From Vicinamibacteria bacterium (GTDB lineage Bacteria > Acidobacteriota > Vicinamibacteria > Marinacidobacterales > Marinacidobacteraceae): a stretch of DNA of 64,000 nucleotides. The stretch is taken from contig OZ220713.1 of assembly GCA_965116805.1 (NCBI GenBank), forward strand, positions 532,942-596,941, in the 5' to 3' direction. A model generated the notes under the pieces. That model was given only the letters and a program-made list of their open reading frames with translations. It did not search any database and was not told where the DNA came from. Position 1 is the first letter of the stretch. Every line of letters begins with the position of its first letter. The position numbers were made by a program, and so were the translations under genes. Below are positions 61,419-64,000 of the stretch, piece after piece.

Positions 61419-63620
61419 CTAGGGATCCACCTCGAAGACGAAGCGCATGCCGGCCTCGAGGTGCTCGGCGATGTGGCAGTGGGCCATCCACTTGCCGGGG
61501 TTGGTGATCTCGAGCAGGAGGTCCACCGTCTCCCCCGCCGGGATGAGCACCGTGTCCTTGAAGACCTGGTTCGTCACCGGCGCCCCGTTCCGGCGCAGCA
61601 CCAGGAAGCGCTGGCCGTGGATGTGGAAGGGGTGCTGCATCGCGTGGAGGGCCGCGGCGTCGTTCTCGATCCGGATCGTGACCACGTCCCCGACCGAAAA
61701 GCGCCAGGCGATGTCCATGTCCTCGCGGCCGGTCGCCGGTTCGCGCACGATCCAGCGGACCTCCTCCGGGGTGGCCACCGAGTTCATCATCGGCATGGTG
61801 TCCGCCCACTCGACCGCCGGGAAGAAGACCCGGTCGGCGCGCATCCGCTGCATGATGGCGGGGTCCAGGCCGGTCACATCCATCGTGAGCAGGAGTTCGT
61901 AGTCCGGCTCGCGGTCGAAGTGGTCGCGGAAGCGGGCCACGTCCTCCACCACCGGAGCGTTCTCCCGCAGTTCGCCGTAACCCGGCGCGCCCGCGGGGTC
62001 GGCGTCCCGGTCACGGACCGTCACCGTTCCCAGCCGGGTGACCCGCGAGAAGTAGCCGCCGAAGGTGTGCTCGAGCGGGCGCACCCGGTTCTCGAGGGCG
62101 TGCTCGCCCGCCGTCTCGTAGCGGACCTCCACGATGTAGCGCTCGGCGGGCGCGAGAGCGACCGAATCCACCCAGGTCTCGCGCTCGAACTTGGACAGGT
62201 CGGACCCGACGACCTTGATGCGGTGGGTGCCCGGTTCCCCGAACGACAGGTTGAAGGTGCGGGTGTTCGAGACGTTCGTGAGGAAGAAGCGGACGACCTC
62301 GCCCCGGTCGAGTTGCAGCGCGTACTCCGGTTCGCCGTTCACGAGCATCAGGTTGCCGAACCGCCCCATGAGCGAATGGGTGGCGCGCTCGGTCCCGAAG
62401 GGGAAGAGCCCCCCGTCGTCGGCGATCAGGAGATCGTCGAGCATGAGGATCTCCTCGCGGTGGACCGGCGCGTACCAGGTATCCGGCGGGGACTCCACCA
62501 GCATGTTCCCGTAGAGCCCGAGGTCCTGCTGGACCTCCTCGCGGTGGTGGGGGTGGTACCAGTAGAGGCCGGCGTCGGGGAAGTAGAGCCGGTACTCGAA
62601 GCGCCCGCCGGGAGGGACGGGGTCCTGGGTGAGGTGGGGCACGCCGTCGAAGGCGTTGTCGAGGCGGAGCCCGTGCCAGTGGATCGCGGTGGGCCAGGAC
62701 GTGTGGTTCTCGAAGTTGACGAAGATCGTGGAGTCCTGGTTCACGTGGATCAGGGGGCCCGGGTACTGCCCGTTGAAGCCGTACATGACGTAGTCGCGGC
62801 CGTGGATGGTGCGGCGGACCCGGCCGGCGGTCAGGTCGAGCGTCTGGCCGTCCTGGAGGCGGACCACCTGCGAGGGAACGGCGTCCGGGAGCGTTTCGTC
62901 CGCCGTGACCCGGGGCAGGAACGGCAGCGGCTCCGGCCGCAGGTGGCCGAGTCCGGGGACCATGGGCGTCTCGGGAAGCATCGGAGGGTGCGACCAGGCC
63001 GGCTCGTCGGATGCCGGTCCGTGCCCCATCGCCGCGTGGTCCATCGCGCCGTGGTCCATGGGTAGCGCGGCGCTCTCGCCGGTGCCGGTCACCGGGACCA
63101 TGAGGTGGTTGTCGGGGAGGATGCGGGTGGACGGCGAGGCGCCGCGCAACGCGAGCCGGCCGGTGCGGCGCTGAACCTCCGCCGAGGGCTCGACGCTGAT
63201 CAGGATCACGAACTTGTCGAAGGCGACGGGCCCGAGGCCCGCGAAGGTCCCGTTGCCGACCTCTCCGAGCCGCACCACCGGGTCCATGATGGGCGTCGTC
63301 GCCCAGGCGACGTAGGTGCGGTACTCCCCGAGCGATCCGGGCTCGGGGAGCCCCTCGATCTCGAGGTCGAGGCGGTAGCGCTGGCTGCCGTCGCGGGTGA
63401 CCGAGACCCCGAAGGGACTCGGGTCCCAGCGCAGGAAGGCGGTGCCGCCGGCGGGGGCGAGGTCGGGAGTCGGGTAGAGGGCGACGCGGTTGAGGCCGGG
63501 GGCGCCCCAGTCGGATCGGTCGGGGGTTGGGGGTGTTTCCTGCGCCGCGCCGGGGCTCGGCATCAGCAGGAGCGCCGCGCACAGAGCGGCGACCCGGCAA
63601 CTCTCCCTGCGCGCTCTCAT
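61419..63620 (-). CDS. Multicopper oxidase with an extra N-terminal domain
   Basis: HWHG, WYHPH, HPFHIHG and HCHIAEHLEAGM copper ligands; signal peptide; Met/His-rich linker. Confidence 0.93.
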   Translation of the reverse strand: MRARRESCRVAALCAALLLMPSPGAAQETPPTPDRSDWGAPGLNRVALYPTPDLAPAGGTAFLRWDPSPFGVSVTRDGSQRYRLDLEIEGLPEPGSLGEYRTYVAWATTPIMDPVVRLGEVGNGTFAGLGPVAFDKFVILISVEPSAEVQRRTGRLALRGASPSTRILPDNHLMVPVTGTGESAALPMDHGAMDHAAMGHGPASDEPAWSHPPMLPETPMVPGLGHLRPEPLPFLPRVTADETLPDAVPSQVVRLQDGQTLDLTAGRVRRTIHGRDYVMYGFNGQYPGPLIHVNQDSTIFVNFENHTSWPTAIHWHGLRLDNAFDGVPHLTQDPVPPGGRFEYRLYFPDAGLYWYHPHHREEVQQDLGLYGNMLVESPPDTWYAPVHREEILMLDDLLIADDGGLFPFGTERATHSLMGRFGNLMLVNGEPEYALQLDRGEVVRFFLTNVSNTRTFNLSFGEPGTHRIKVVGSDLSKFERETWVDSVALAPAERYIVEVRYETAGEHALENRVRPLEHTFGGYFSRVTRLGTVTVRDRDADPAGAPGYGELRENAPVVEDVARFRDHFDREPDYELLLTMDVTGLDPAIMQRMRADRVFFPAVEWADTMPMMNSVATPEEVRWIVREPATGREDMDIAWRFSVGDVVTIRIENDAAALHAMQHPFHIHGQRFLVLRRNGAPVTNQVFKDTVLIPAGETVDLLLEITNPGKWMAHCHIAEHLEAGMRFVFEVDP

Positions 63621-63767
63621 ACTCCCTTTCTTCCGACGACCGAATGCGGTTCGTATGGTAGCGGCGGGTTGGGTGGCTGAGGACGATTGGCGTTGCGCTG
63701 CCGCCCGCCTGCGGCGGGCTGTGCCGGTCTGAAGACCGGCGCTCCCGGACCCTGTTAATTTGCGGTG

Positions 63768-64000
63768 ATGCGCAGCCTGCGACTTCTCCCCCTTGCGGTC
63801 CTGGTCTCCCTTCCCGCCGCGGCGGAGGACGAGACGCTGGTGCTCGACAACGACTACGCCGCGGTCCACCGGAACGCGGCGCCGTGCGCCGAGGCGGGTC
63901 CCGGTTGCGGGGACCGGGTGGTGGTCGCGTTCGGTGACGTCGAGGTCGCCGCGGGCGGATCAACCGTCGAACTCGGGTACGCCGAGGTATTCGTGGCGAA
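63768..64000 (+). CDS. Exported hypothetical protein (partial)
   Basis: MRSLRLLPLAVLVSLPAAAEDETLVLDND..., open to the window end. Confidence 0.6.
   Translation, partial: MRSLRLLPLAVLVSLPAAAEDETLVLDNDYAAVHRNAAPCAEAGPGCGDRVVVAFGDVEVAAGGSTVELGYAEVFVA

Overview
A very GC-rich bacterial window. Gene style suggests Acidobacteriota, which is inference only. Housekeeping content: amidase (partial), group-2-like sigma70, a long minus-strand run (hslV-hslU-lipoprotein, tal, acyl-CoA carboxylase genes, tamB, BamA/TamA, SurA-N), an ECF-like sigma, tRNA-Met(CAT), tRNA-Leu(CAA), carD-plsC-pckA-gpmA, flotillin, amtB-glnK-glnA, tmRNA (tag ANTDLALAA), slt, aminotransferase, amidohydrolase, ada and a multicopper oxidase. 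GC-rich REP-like palindromes are dense in the intergenic spaces. Three unexplained structures stand out. (1) Five dispersed copies of a ~70-bp element with invariant internal spacing (DnaA-box-like TTTTCCACA-N15-GGAAG-N16-CGTCTA); four of them precede paralogous membrane-anchored coiled-coil (DUF1640/CCDC90-like) genes in REP-flanked cassettes. (2) A ~1.1-kb non-coding array of 53-bp units with a GGTCGATA core spaced alternately 33 and 20 bp, beside a winged-helix gene in an accessory region next to the tmRNA 3' end. (3) Repeated cases where an accessory cassette is bracketed by diverged duplications of a REP plus the 3' end of the neighbouring core gene. All calls were made by eye, with no database searches.
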